Shown: piece by piece, positions 1 to 10,870 of the stretch | How positions within the stretch are numbered: the first letter of the stretch is position 1 | How the letters are laid out: each line of letters begins with the position of its first letter | NCBI GenBank assembly: GCA_963775895.1 | Contig: CAVZKL010000017.1 | Span: 1 to 64,000 of the forward strand | Source: Candidatus Bathyarchaeota archaeon | GTDB lineage: Archaea; Thermoproteota; Bathyarchaeia; Bathyarchaeales; Bathycorpusculaceae | Length of the DNA stretch: 64,000 bases | Reading direction: 5' to 3' | Program-made: the position numbers and the translations under genes | Notes under the pieces: model-generated | The model's input: the letters and a program-made list of their open reading frames with translations, nothing else | What the model was told of the DNA's origin: nothing | Databases searched by the model: none

Positions 1-657
1 TTGGCGATTCCCCAGCGTCCTCCTTCGAGTTTCGAGAGCACCTTTTCCTCTCTTATGAAAGCCAGAATCCTGCATGAACCGAGTATCCAGTACACGGTTA
101 CGTCATATCCGATATTCTCTGGTTTCTCATGCAGGTATCTTCTAGTGTGTTGGATATCTTCTATCACCGACATGAGGTGGTATTGAGCGGGGATTTCTGA
201 GAAAAGGTCACGTATCGGGGCTCCCCAAACGCAAAACCCTCTCTCCTTCGTCGTGTACAGGTTTGATAGGATTTCTTTGTCTCGTTCATTTTCGAAGATC
301 CCTCCCCAGTGTTCATAGTGCAAGTCAACCATCATTGGATATTGCGGGTTACGAACAGCATCCTCGCAGACCACGCTCAATTCAATGCGTCTGTCCTTTG
401 AGCAGGCTCCTTTCAAATATCGATTATCCTCTTTCTCTCCTTTTCGACAGTCTTTGCTTCGTTACGATTATGATGTCAATGTCGCTCGACCGCGGATTGT
501 AGCAGTCCATTGCAAGCGAACCATACAGGTATAGCCCAATCAGATTACCTTGGATAGTGGACTGAACGAATGAAAGTGTCTCTCTTAGAACCTTTCTCAC
601 AGCCTTTGGCGTGTTCTCAGGGAATCTAAGTCCCAACTGATTGCCCTCAGAGTTCAA
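1..657 (-). CDS. AadA/ANT-like aminoglycoside adenylyltransferase family nucleotidyltransferase (frameshift near 430, runs off window)
   Basis: LIGLYLYGSLAMDCYNPRSSDID Pol-beta motif; continuation in another frame reads IELSVV...VWGAPIRDLF...YCILGSCRILAF. Confidence 0.65.
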
Positions 658-851
658 ATGATGAATGTGGAGATAAAAACTCTACCACACCAGGAAAAAA
701 CCGTTCTGTTCAGGCTTGCCGCCCGCTAGGCGCGCGCGAGACTCGCGATATAATTGAGCGGTTAATAGTTTATGTTCAATCTAGCTATCGGAAATGTATG
801 GGACAATTTTTTCAAAATGGTTAGTGCAGTAACCGAGGCTAAACTCATTTC

Positions 852-1893
852 ATGGGTTGTCTGCTTTTTTTCAGCGTTAAATCAGTCAAAGCCGCGACTA
901 TAATTGTTCCAGATGATTATTCGACGATACAGGCGGCGATCAATGCTGCCAACAGTGGCGACACCGTATTCGTGCGAACTGGAACGTACTCAGAGCGCTT
1001 GGTCGTGAACAAAACTATATCCCTAACAGGAGGGAGCAGAGACGCAACAATCTTGAACGAAACCACGATTGATCCACTGATAACCATAACGGCAAACAAT
1101 GTGAAGATAAACGGTTTTACACTCAAGGGTGGGTCCTTCAAGAACATCCTCATAAACGAGACAACTGGCGTGATCGTTGTCGGAAACAGAAATCCTATTT
1201 AACGCTCAAGGTATTGACTCCGAGAATTCGACCGATGTAACGATAGAAGACAACATAATGATTGGAAACGGACTGGACAACATAGGAATAATGCTCTCAG
1301 ACTCCTCGAACTGCAGCGTAATAGACAACACAATCACCAATGCCATATACGATGGAATCAGACTTTGGTTCTCCAACGGAAACGTTTTCCGAAACAACAA
1401 GATCACCAACAACGACTACGGCATGTTCTTTCACGGATCAAGCCAGAACAACGTTTCAAACAATATGATCTCGCAGAACACAAACACAGGGATCTACCTC
1501 GAATCCGGCAGTTCTAACAACACCTTTGTCTTCAATGATCTCGTTGACAATTTCAATCAAGTCAGCATTCAGGACGGGTCGGCAAACTTTTGGGATGACA
1601 GTCTAATGGGAAACTACTGGAGCGACTATCAAACAAGATATCCAAAAGCCATAGGAATTCTTCCATGGAAGACATGGCTTACACCATACGTCATCGATGA
1701 GAACAACACAGATCATCACGCTCTATGGGACCCCGCAACAGTTCCAGAACTTCCACCATTCCTGATTCTACCCCTGCTTGTGGGTGTAACATTGCTTGCA
1801 AGCGTTGTCTACAAGAAACGCGCTCACTTAGAGAAAGATGAAAAAGAGCAAGATCTCGGCGAGAGCAACTTGGAGAACGTTTGCGCGCGCTAG
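852..1893 (+). CDS. NosD/CASH beta-helix surface protein with C-terminal VPEL-TM-basic anchor (frameshift near 1190)
   Basis: IIVPDDYSTIQAAINAA...GDTVFVRTGTY; N-rich beta-helix repeats; GNYWSDY; VPELP+TM+KKR. Confidence 0.8.
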
Positions 1894-1903
1894 GAACCAT
1901 TTT

Positions 1904-2677
1904 TTACTCCCTGCCTGTCAGCGGTTGGCCTGCAATCTCACAAGCATGGAAGACAACCTCACGCTGTCTCGGGTTCAGCAAGTGCCTGACTTCTCGCGCT
2001 GTCAACGCGAACAACTGAAGCGAGGCCTTGCAAGTGTCTTCGAAGCTTTCTCCGCCTTCTCCTAAGGCAACACTCTGCACTCGCCTCCATTCTGTTCCCA
2101 TTCTTGCAGAGACAAGATCCCATAACTGATTCTCTGAATCATAGAAAATTCGGTGATGAACAGCCAATATCGGTGCCATGCGGATTGCAAGCAGAGACCG
2201 TACAACTGAAGCGGCGCTTCTCCTCCTCAGCTGTAGGCTTCCGACTAATCTGTGGACCTCCTCAGCGTATCCCGTGAGTTCTTCAGCGACCCATTTGTCT
2301 GCTTGCTTCCCAATGGAGTCCCATTCCCATCGTTCAGCTTCTTGCTTCAGTGCCCTCGCTATTCCTTGCGGATCATAAATGATCAAGGCATTACGCCACG
2401 CTGGGATGACTCCGCCAACTTGACTCGGGTCTTTGAAGGCTTTCAAGTGTTGCTTTGAGGTTGCCCAAGATACTGACACTAAATAACCCTGATACCGTTC
2501 AAGCGTATAATGCGCTCCTTTGCCCAAGGCGTGGATGTCGACATCCGATTCTTCGTAAGCGTCTCCCCGCACCCAGCTACCGAAGAGGACTACTGCTTCT
2601 GCTCCCTGATCTATCAGCCTGCGGGAGAACGCCTTAGCCAACTGTAACACTCTTCGATTCATCATACGTCCAATCAC
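1904..2677 (-). CDS. Kanamycin nucleotidyltransferase-like nucleotidyltransferase
   Basis: VVLFGSWVRGDAYEESDVD motif, IIYDPQG, helical C-terminal domain. Confidence 0.6.
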   Translation of the reverse strand: MIGRMMNRRVLQLAKAFSRRLIDQGAEAVVLFGSWVRGDAYEESDVDIHALGKGAHYTLERYQGYLVSVSWATSKQHLKAFKDPSQVGGVIPAWRNALIIYDPQGIARALKQEAERWEWDSIGKQADKWVAEELTGYAEEVHRLVGSLQLRRRSAASVVRSLLAIRMAPILAVHHRIFYDSENQLWDLVSARMGTEWRRVQSVALGEGGESFEDTCKASLQLFALTAREVRHLLNPRQREVVFHACEIAGQPLTGRE

Positions 2678-2811
2678 ACTTCACTAACAGTTCTATTGAT
2701 CTTCTCCTTTTATATGAAAGCGCGGACAAAGTGCTCCCAGTTCGTCATTAATGCAAGAGCGTGCACGCTATCCTTAATTAGGGATAGATCGTTGGTTCTT
2801 GCTGGTTTGAA

Positions 2812-3325
2812 ATGAGCATTGTGAACAGGCCTGAGGTTTCGGGACCGCTTGCATGGTTCTACATTGGAACGGCTACGCTAGTTGGCTGCTTTGGCCTTGT
2901 TCTTCGTCTATCTGTACTTGCAGACACCAATTCTTGGAGGTCTTCTGGGCTTAGTTGTCATCATCGTTGTGGAGATAATAATCGTCTCTATAGTGGTTTC
3001 CTTATACACGACGCGTTACACTTTGACACAGAATGATTTGATTTTGAGAGCATCCATATTCATCGGTGGCACGAAAAAGATTTCCTTGGACACGATAGAA
3101 TCTGCTGAAAGAACGCTCATTCCTTTCGGCATCAGGCTTTTCGGCGCAAGCGGCTACGGCGGATACTTCTATTTCCCTAACATCGGCAGGGCATTCGTGG
3201 TGATGACTAACTTCAGGGACGGTGTGCTGATAAAAGCTAAACAGGGCATCTATCTAATCACTCCTAAGAACCCTGACGCGTTCATCGAATCCATCAAGAA
3301 AACGGGAAAACTAGACAAAGTGTGA
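2812..3325 (+). CDS. Membrane protein with bacterial PH domain (frameshift near 2880)
   Basis: Two TM helices then YTLT..LI, RLFGASGYGGYF, YLITPKNPDAF. Confidence 0.7.
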
Positions 3326-3434
3326 AGCCACGGTTGATCTGACGCGCGCGCCGAACGTATGAGCATATTCTAAAAATCACTAAGTAATCTTTATATCCAA
3401 AACACCGCCTCTGAAACCAAATCTGAAGGAAGCT

Positions 3435-3503
3435 GGAAACGTTTGTTAATGGCCCGTAACAGCCGGAACACGGCATCGATCTGTTCAGCTTCGCAGACCG
3501 GCA
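3435..3503 (-). pseudogene. Short relic of NiFe hydrogenase small subunit (MvhG-like)
   Basis: Minus strand reads AG-CEA...MPCSGCYGPLTNV, matching the MvhG AGCGA.CP...MPCxGCYGP motif. Confidence 0.45.
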
Positions 3504-3525
3504 AAACCCAAGGGCGTGTTGAACA

Positions 3526-4467
3526 ATGCCATTGAGAACCGTCAAGAAAGACACGTCAAATTCACTCTCACTGGAATGGATACTCCAGATCAAAAACTAC
3601 AAGCTTGACCTGGACAAGAACAGATGCACTGGCTGCGAAATCTGCAGCCTAGCTTGTCCTAAAGAAGCAATCAAGACCGAAAGACTCCCAAAACATCAAG
3701 GGGAGAAGGCACGCAAGGCCAAAGTGGACGTGGACCTCTCCAAATGCAACTTCTGCGGCATATGCGACATACTCTGCCCGTACGGAGCAATCAAGCTGTC
3801 CATTGATGGGCAACACGTGCTATCGGTCGTGGACAAGAAGAGCTTCCCAACTCTGACCCGCGACATCCAAACCAACCCCAAGAAGTTTCCCGCAAACCCT
3901 AAACAAGCTGAAGAAGCCTGCCCTCTCAAACTCATCACCGCCTCCTACTCAACGACCGACGGAAAAACGGTACAAGACCTCGCTTCATTGCTCGAGCCCC
4001 AACGCAGCTGGGTCAGCCTCAACGTCAAAATCGACAAAGAACACTGCCCCTGCTGCACCGTGTGCGAATCAAAACTTCCGCAAGGAGCCGTTCAAGTACG
4101 GAAATTTCTCTCCGGAAAAATCACGATTAACCAGCCAAAATGCCCGCAAGGCTGCACAGACTGCCTAGACGTCTGCCCCATCACGGGCGCGCTGTACCTA
4201 TCCAACCAAGACGGCAAGGTGCACACAAACGAAACTTTCTGCGTGTACTGTGGAGCATGCAAGACGGTCTGCCCAGTCGACGGAGCCTTGGAGCTTAAAC
4301 GAACCCGCATCAACCACTCACCCGTGCGTTCAGGAGCTTGGAACAAAGCTCTCGAGCGCCTTACCTCACCCATCGACATGACGAAAGAACTGAAAACCAA
4401 GGGTTCTCTGAGGGCAAGAGAATCGGTGAAGAGAAGGATGAGATTGGAGGAGGAGCAAGTTGCCTAG
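3526..4467 (+). CDS. Polyferredoxin, FwdF-like
   Basis: Four intact and two degenerate ferredoxin-type Cys motifs (CxxCxxCxxxCP-like); C-terminal SGAWNKALERL. Confidence 0.8.
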   Translation: MPLRTVKKDTSNSLSLEWILQIKNYKLDLDKNRCTGCEICSLACPKEAIKTERLPKHQGEKARKAKVDVDLSKCNFCGICDILCPYGAIKLSIDGQHVLSVVDKKSFPTLTRDIQTNPKKFPANPKQAEEACPLKLITASYSTTDGKTVQDLASLLEPQRSWVSLNVKIDKEHCPCCTVCESKLPQGAVQVRKFLSGKITINQPKCPQGCTDCLDVCPITGALYLSNQDGKVHTNETFCVYCGACKTVCPVDGALELKRTRINHSPVRSGAWNKALERLTSPIDMTKELKTKGSLRARESVKRRMRLEEEQVA

Positions 4468-6518
4468 GAAAACCACTCGAAAGAAACTCGCCACCGCAAA
4501 GAAGCCCAGAAAACGCAGCAGAGAAGAAGGCGTTGCCAAGACTTGAAGGTCCGCGCATAGGCGTGTTCGTCTGCCAATGCGGTTCAAACATATCGTCAGT
4601 GATAGACGTTGACGCGTTGACAAAGTACGCTCAGACTCTGCCAAACGTCGTACACGCTGAAAACATGAATTACCCGTGCAGCCACCAGGGCCAAGAACAG
4701 GTAAAGGCAGCGATCAAAAACAACAAACTCGACCGAGTCGTAGTAGCCGGTTGCTCACCCAGACTCTACGAACCCACCTTCCAGAGCTGCGTTTCACAAG
4801 CCGATCTAAACCCATGGCTCTTCGAGATGGCCAACATCCGAGAATTCGCATCCTACGTCCACAAGAACGCGCCCGAAGAAGCCAACGAAAAAGCAAGAGA
4901 CACGCTCAGAATGGCCGTTGCCAAAGCAAGGCTCCTTGAACCGCTGAAACCCCTGGAACTTCCAATGACGAAGAAAGTCATGGTCCTCGGCGGAGGAATA
5001 TCGGGCATCAACGCTGCCTTGGACCTCGCAGACATGGGCTTCAAAGTCTACGTGGTTGAAAAGACCGAAACGATCGGCGGGTACATGGCGCTCCTCGATA
5101 AGACCTTTCCAACCCTCGACTGCAGCATATGCATCGAAGGACCCAAAATGGTCGATGTCAGCAGGCATCCAAACATCGAGATAATCTCTTACGCGGACGT
5201 CTTGAAAGTCGACGGAAACGTCGGCAACTTCAAAGTGAGAGTCCGCAAGAACCCCCGGTACGTGATCGCAGCAAACTGCACGGGCTGCGGTGAATGTCGA
5301 GACGCATGTCCGATAGAATACCCGAACTACGCCGACATGTACCTCGGCGTGAGAAAAGCCATTTCGCCTCCGTACGGACAGGCTGTTCCGCTCACTCACA
5401 CGATCAATCGCGATTACTGCATCGAATGCTTCAAGTGCGTCGACGCGTGCGGCGCTCGTGAAGCGATAAACTTTGATCAGAAACCAGAAGAAGTCGAATT
5501 GAACGTCGGCGCCATAATCGTCAGCATCGGCTACGACATGTACAACCCCAAAGATTTGGAATGGACAGGCTACGGCAAATACACCAACGTCTTCACCGCC
5601 CTAGAGTTTGAGAGACTCATACTGGCAGCAGGACCCACGGGCGGCAAGGTCGTCCGCGCCTCCGACGGTGAAAAACCCCACTCAATAGCCTTCATCCAAT
5701 GCGTCGGCTCACGCGACATCAACCACTACGAGTACTGCTCAAGCTTTTGCTGCATGTACACCCTCAAACACGCCGTCATGCTCAAAGAAAAATACCGAGA
5801 TGCAATCGAAGTCCACGTTTTCTTCAACGACATGAGAAGCAACTTCAAAGGCTACGAAGAATTCTACAACAGAGCCAAAAAAGGCGGAGTAAAATTCGTC
5901 AGAGTCAAACTCGAAAACCGACGGATAACCGAAGACCCGAAGACCAACAACCTAACGGTCTGTGGCGAAACCGAAGAAGGGCAACCCGTGTCCGCGAACG
6001 TGGAAATGGTCGTCCTAGCAAACGCCGCCATACCGCAAACAACAGCGAGTGAACTCTCAAGGCTACTGGGCATCTCTCTGGGCAAAGACGGGTTCTTCGT
6101 CGAATGCCAACCCAAAATCAGACCTACAGACACTGCGGTCCCAGGAATATTCCTTTCAGGAGCATGTCAAGGACTCAAAGACATTCCTTACTGCGTCGCC
6201 CAAGGCAGTGCCGCTGCCGCTCAAGCAGCATCAATCCTCAGCAAGGACTCATGGAGCGTGGAACCCATCGTAGCCAAAGTCAACGAAGACCTGTGCAGCG
6301 GTTGCAGAGTGTGCGAATCGGCCTGCGGTTACAGAGCAATCAATGTCGAAAAAGTCGGCGAAAAATCAATCGCCAAAGTCGCAGAAGGGCTCTGTCGAGG
6401 ATGCGGAATATGCAGTTCAGCTTGTCCAATGGACGCTGTAACGATGCCGAACTACTCTGACAAGCAGATCGTCGCCCAGATCGAAGCCGTCATGGAGAAA
6501 AAGGTGAAGAGCAAATGA
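4460..6518 (+). CDS. hdrA: Heterodisulfide reductase subunit A (start uncertain, possible N-terminal frameshift)
   Basis: RIGVFVCQCG, GCSPR, VLGGGISG FAD motif, DKTFPTLDCSIC, IQCVGSRD, CSSFCCM, ferredoxin domains. Confidence 0.95.
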
Positions 6519-9022
6519 CCGAACAGGCAGCAGTAGTTCAAACACCGCAGAAAACCGAGGAGCTTCGCATCGGCGTGTACATCTGCTACTGCGGTCTCAA
6601 CATAGCCGGAACGGTTGACGTTGAAGCCGTGGCTGATTACGCACGTACACTTCCAGACGTCGTCTACGTCAAGACTAACCGTTACACGTGTGGGGACCCT
6701 GGGCAAGAAGAGATCAGGAAAGGCGTTAGAGAGCACAACTTGAACCGGGTCGTCGTTGCCGCGTGTTCACCAAGAATGCACGAACCCACTTTTCGAAGAA
6801 CGGTCTCGGAAGCTGGTTTGAATCAGTTCTTGTTTGAAATGGCCAACATCCGTGAATTCGCTTCATGGTGCCATCAAAGCACGCCCAAAGAAGCAACCGA
6901 GAAAGCCAAAGAAATAGTAAAAATGGCCATTGCCAAAGTCAGGTTTCTTGAACCATTAGACGTCATAGAGGTCCCCGTAACAAACAGAGCTTTAGTCGTC
7001 GGCGCAGGCGTGGCCGGCGCGAGCGCAGCGGTGGACCTCGCAGACATGGGCTACCAAGTCTACCTTGTGGATCGCGCAGAAATCATCGGAGGACACATGG
7101 CTCAGCTCGGCAAGACTTTCCCAGTGTTCGAATGCTCAAACTGCCCGCAACAGATACACTGTCCAAGGTTCTCATGCGTAGCCACGAGAATAGGCGCCGC
7201 AGCCGTTAACCCGAAGATCAACCTTCTCGCTTACTCAGACGTGAAACACGTCGAAGGCGTGATCGGAAGCTACAAAGTCACCGTTGAAAGAAAGCCCAGG
7301 TTCGTCGATGAAAACAAATGCACAAGCTGCGGCAAATGCACGGAAGTTTGCCCAGTCGAAACGCCCAACAAGTTTGACGCCGGAATCAAAAAGCGAAAAG
7401 CAATCTACATTCCATTTCCCAACGCCACCCCCAGCACGTACACGATAGACAAAGAAACGTGCCTCTACTTCAAGGACGGAAGCTGCAAGAAGTGCCAGGA
7501 AATCTGCCCCGAAGGCGCGGTGGACTTTGAACAAAAGCCGATTGAAGAGAAGCTTGAAGTCGGATGCTTGGTCGTTGCAACGGGCTACGAAATATACGAG
7601 CCAAACGACCTCGCAAACTACGGGTTCGGCAAGAGCAAGAACATCATCACGGCGTTGCAGCTCGAGAGGATAATCGACTCCAACACTCAGGTTCTCGGAG
7701 AACTCTACAAACCGTCAGACAGGACGATGCCTGAGAGTCTCACGTACATACAATGCGTCGGTTCAAGGGACATCAACAAGTTCGAATACTGCTCCGGCTT
7801 CTGCTGCATGCTCACACTCAAGAGCGCCGTGTTCCTCAAAGAAAAATACGGCGACAAACTGAAAATCAACGTGCTCTACACCGACATGCGAGCCAACAGA
7901 AAGGGCTACGAAGAACTGTTCCTAAAGGCCCAGCAATTGGGAGTCAAATTCATACGCGTCACTTTGACAAACAGAAACGTCACCGAGGATCCGCAGACAA
8001 AAAAACTCACAGTCCGCGCGGAAAAAGAGAACGGCGAACCCGTTGAAGTGACAAGCGACATGGTCGTGCTCGCCACTGCTGCAATACCAAGCAAAGGGTC
8101 GGAGGAAGTTGCGAGACTGTTCAACATCAGTCGAGACGGCGACGGCTACTTCATGGAAAGCCACCCGAAACTCAAACCCATCGACACCCCAGCAGACGGC
8201 GTCTTCGTGGCTGGCGGCTGCCAAGCACCCAAAGACGTTCCATACAGCGTGTCCCAAGGAATGGGAGCAGCCTCAAGAGCAGCGACGATACTATCACAGC
8301 CAAAATGGAAGATCCAACCTATCGTTGCAGTCGTTGACCCAGCGAAATGCCGAAACACAAAAGTCAAGTGTGGACTGTGCGCCAAAGCCTGCCCCTATGG
8401 AGCAATTCGCGCGCCCGAAGGCCAGGTGGCGGAACCCATAAGTGCGATGTGCCATGGATGCGGTACGTGTGTCGCAGAATGTCCAAGCGGTGCTCTTACT
8501 CAGAAGCATTTCACAGACGTTCAGATAATGTCACAGATACGAGCCGCGCTCGAAACGAACCCTGAAGAAAAAATACTTGCTTTCCTGTGCAACTGGTGCA
8601 GCTATGCAGGTGCGGATCTCGCAGGCATCAGCAGGTTTGATTATCCGCCGATAATAAGGCCCATCAGGGTGATGTGCTCGGGAAGAGTTGACCGCAGCTT
8701 CGTACTCGAAGCGCTGAGACTCGGGGCAGGTATGGTTCTCGTGGGCGCGTGCCACCTTCCCTACGACTGTCACTACATCAGCGGCAACTACAAGATGAAA
8801 GCCCGAATGGATGCTCTTGCACCGATGCTGCAGAAACTCGGCATGAGTCCTGAACGACTGCGCGTCGAGTACGTTTCAGCTGCCGAGGGTATCAAATTTG
8901 CCGAACTAATCAAGGAAATGGCGGCTCAGATGAACGCGTTAGGCAAAGAAAAAATCAAGGCTGAAAACGCCAAGCTGCACCCGATACTCGAGAACATGCT
9001 CAAACGAAAAGAACAAAAGTGA
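6515..9022 (+). CDS. hdrA: HdrA-MvhD fusion protein
   Basis: HdrA motifs followed by MvhD domain AFLCNWCSYAGAD, RVMCSGRV, GACHLPYDCHY. Confidence 0.95.
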   Translation: MTEQAAVVQTPQKTEELRIGVYICYCGLNIAGTVDVEAVADYARTLPDVVYVKTNRYTCGDPGQEEIRKGVREHNLNRVVVAACSPRMHEPTFRRTVSEAGLNQFLFEMANIREFASWCHQSTPKEATEKAKEIVKMAIAKVRFLEPLDVIEVPVTNRALVVGAGVAGASAAVDLADMGYQVYLVDRAEIIGGHMAQLGKTFPVFECSNCPQQIHCPRFSCVATRIGAAAVNPKINLLAYSDVKHVEGVIGSYKVTVERKPRFVDENKCTSCGKCTEVCPVETPNKFDAGIKKRKAIYIPFPNATPSTYTIDKETCLYFKDGSCKKCQEICPEGAVDFEQKPIEEKLEVGCLVVATGYEIYEPNDLANYGFGKSKNIITALQLERIIDSNTQVLGELYKPSDRTMPESLTYIQCVGSRDINKFEYCSGFCCMLTLKSAVFLKEKYGDKLKINVLYTDMRANRKGYEELFLKAQQLGVKFIRVTLTNRNVTEDPQTKKLTVRAEKENGEPVEVTSDMVVLATAAIPSKGSEEVARLFNISRDGDGYFMESHPKLKPIDTPADGVFVAGGCQAPKDVPYSVSQGMGAASRAATILSQPKWKIQPIVAVVDPAKCRNTKVKCGLCAKACPYGAIRAPEGQVAEPISAMCHGCGTCVAECPSGALTQKHFTDVQIMSQIRAALETNPEEKILAFLCNWCSYAGADLAGISRFDYPPIIRPIRVMCSGRVDRSFVLEALRLGAGMVLVGACHLPYDCHYISGNYKMKARMDALAPMLQKLGMSPERLRVEYVSAAEGIKFAELIKEMAAQMNALGKEKIKAENAKLHPILENMLKRKEQK

Positions 9023-9074
9023 AAAGTGGCCACCACATTTTCCTCCATCGGTGTGCTCCTAGCGCTTTGGAATG

Positions 9075-9605
9075 TCAGTTTTGGACATTATTTTGCTTTG
9101 GTCGTTCTATCTCTTCTTTCCGTAGATAAGTCAGTAGATTTCCTGCCAAGGGTGCTGCGAAAAGAGGAAGGAAATAGTAGAGTATTGATTGCCACAACAC
9201 CGGTAAAGGCTGAATCAACGAGACTATGAAAACACCTGCACCCGACAAGGTACAGAGCATTGCCGAGGCTATTGCGCCGTTTTGACTCTTTTTGCTGGAT
9301 ATTAACGCAGTTGCCAGTGCCCCAAATATCAGTCCTGAAAATGAGAAGACTGTGATTAACTGATCAAAAACGAACCACTGCTGAGCAACGAATTGAGGAT
9401 ACCAGCTGTAAACGCCCTGCAAAGCGGATACCGAAAGGATGAAAATGATCAACGAACCAGCCGTGGCTACGATCATCAGCGCAACTGCAACCCTCGTGTA
9501 AACAGTCGTGGCATTTGGCTTAAGCCCATGTCCACAGTAGGCGCAATAGGTCGCATCAGCCGACACTGGCCTGCCGCACTTTGGACATCGCGCAGACATG
9601 ACCAT
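9075..9605 (-). CDS. Zinc-ribbon membrane protein
   Basis: CPKCG...CAYCG followed by four TM helices. Confidence 0.75.
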   Translation of the reverse strand: MVMSARCPKCGRPVSADATYCAYCGHGLKPNATTVYTRVAVALMIVATAGSLIIFILSVSALQGVYSWYPQFVAQQWFVFDQLITVFSFSGLIFGALATALISSKKSQNGAIASAMLCTLSGAGVFIVSLIQPLPVLWQSILYYFLPLFAAPLAGNLLTYLRKEEIERPKQNNVQN

Positions 9606-9686
9606 AGATCTGTACCTGTCGAGATAAAGATTTGCGCAAGTCTTATCAAATTCTGCCCAGAAGTGTTCACGGTAGGGGTTAGATTA

Positions 9687-10796
9687 GTGAAAGGTAGCGG
9701 GTTTACACGAGCCTTTCTAATAGTCATTTTTGGGGCGCTGGTCGTTTCTGGAGTGAAAGGCTCCGATGTGCCCGCCTTCGATCTTGTGGCTGAACATCAT
9801 GTTGCTGCACTCAACTCCAATCTACCATACGTAGCAGGTTTCCACGTGATCGCTGACGATCTGAGCACACGAGAGACTGTTAATGCCACCGCTGTGACGA
9901 TCAGTTTTCTAACCACTGAATCTGGATATTTCCCATCTGACTCTTGGATTGGCGGCGGAATGTTCGTTCAGGCTCAAGATCACGCTTTTCGAAACGTAGA
10001 TTACGGATTTTACATGATGGCCGTGCTCGACGCCACTGGCAATTTGTTCATCGATTTGGGGTTGCATCAAACGGAGGAGATGACACCGCCGATTCATACA
10101 TCTATGTCAACTCTTGTTTACGCTTACACTTGGCAAATCAGCGGAATTGACAGGTCAACGCCGATTACATTGGTGCAGAGTTGGATTGACGGCGGTTTGG
10201 TGGAATATTCTATCTCCGTCTCGGGAAGCATTGAAACGCTGACACAAGTGAACGTGTCTGCCATGCCTAACTGTCAAAACATCATACCGAGGTTCTATGC
10301 AGGAAACGTAGTCATCGACCCCTTCCCGTTCAGCCGATACATCAATTATTTCCAGTTCGGCGTCATCAGCAGCGAAATCATATCTAACACTCATTGGCAC
10401 GTGAGCGTGAAAGATCCTGAACTGCTCACGCAAACAGGCTGGACGCTTGTTGACAAGGCATGGTCACTTCAAGGCGACCACTCATACCTCGATCATGACC
10501 TTATGTGGGGAGGCGCAGCGTACCCCGGCGTGGGGGCACAATACTATCAACATCCTTTGCCAAACCCCTACGAGATCATTTTCTCTCACGATACGCACGC
10601 CATGGCATCGGGCACCGTTCTTTGGGACGTCGGTAGAACCAGCAAGAATGAAACCGAGTCCTACGCGACTGAAAATCAAGACCTGGTCACGATCACGCGG
10701 CGTTTTCTCCCAGTCATAGTAGCGGTATTGGGGACGATGTGGCTTGTTGCCTTTTTGCTAGTTAGACGAAAGCGAATGAAAGCATCCGGGCCTTAG
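9687..10796 (+). CDS. Exported, C-terminally membrane-anchored hypothetical protein
   Basis: Signal-like N-terminus from GTG 9687, beta-rich body, TM+RRKR tail. Confidence 0.65.
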   Translation: MKGSGFTRAFLIVIFGALVVSGVKGSDVPAFDLVAEHHVAALNSNLPYVAGFHVIADDLSTRETVNATAVTISFLTTESGYFPSDSWIGGGMFVQAQDHAFRNVDYGFYMMAVLDATGNLFIDLGLHQTEEMTPPIHTSMSTLVYAYTWQISGIDRSTPITLVQSWIDGGLVEYSISVSGSIETLTQVNVSAMPNCQNIIPRFYAGNVVIDPFPFSRYINYFQFGVISSEIISNTHWHVSVKDPELLTQTGWTLVDKAWSLQGDHSYLDHDLMWGGAAYPGVGAQYYQHPLPNPYEIIFSHDTHAMASGTVLWDVGRTSKNETESYATENQDLVTITRRFLPVIVAVLGTMWLVAFLLVRRKRMKASGP

Positions 10797-10807
10797 CCAA
10801 CATGTGA

Positions 10808-10842
10808 GCGGGAATCCCCACGCCCTTCGAGGGTGGGATGAA
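10808..10842 (+). mobile_element. IS200/IS605-type right-end remnant
   Basis: GGGAATCCCCACGCCCTTCGAGGGTGGGATGAA hairpin resembling tnpB element ends; no transposase adjacent. Confidence 0.5.
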
Positions 10843-10870
10843 AAAGAACAGTTTATAGCGCGCGCTAGTT

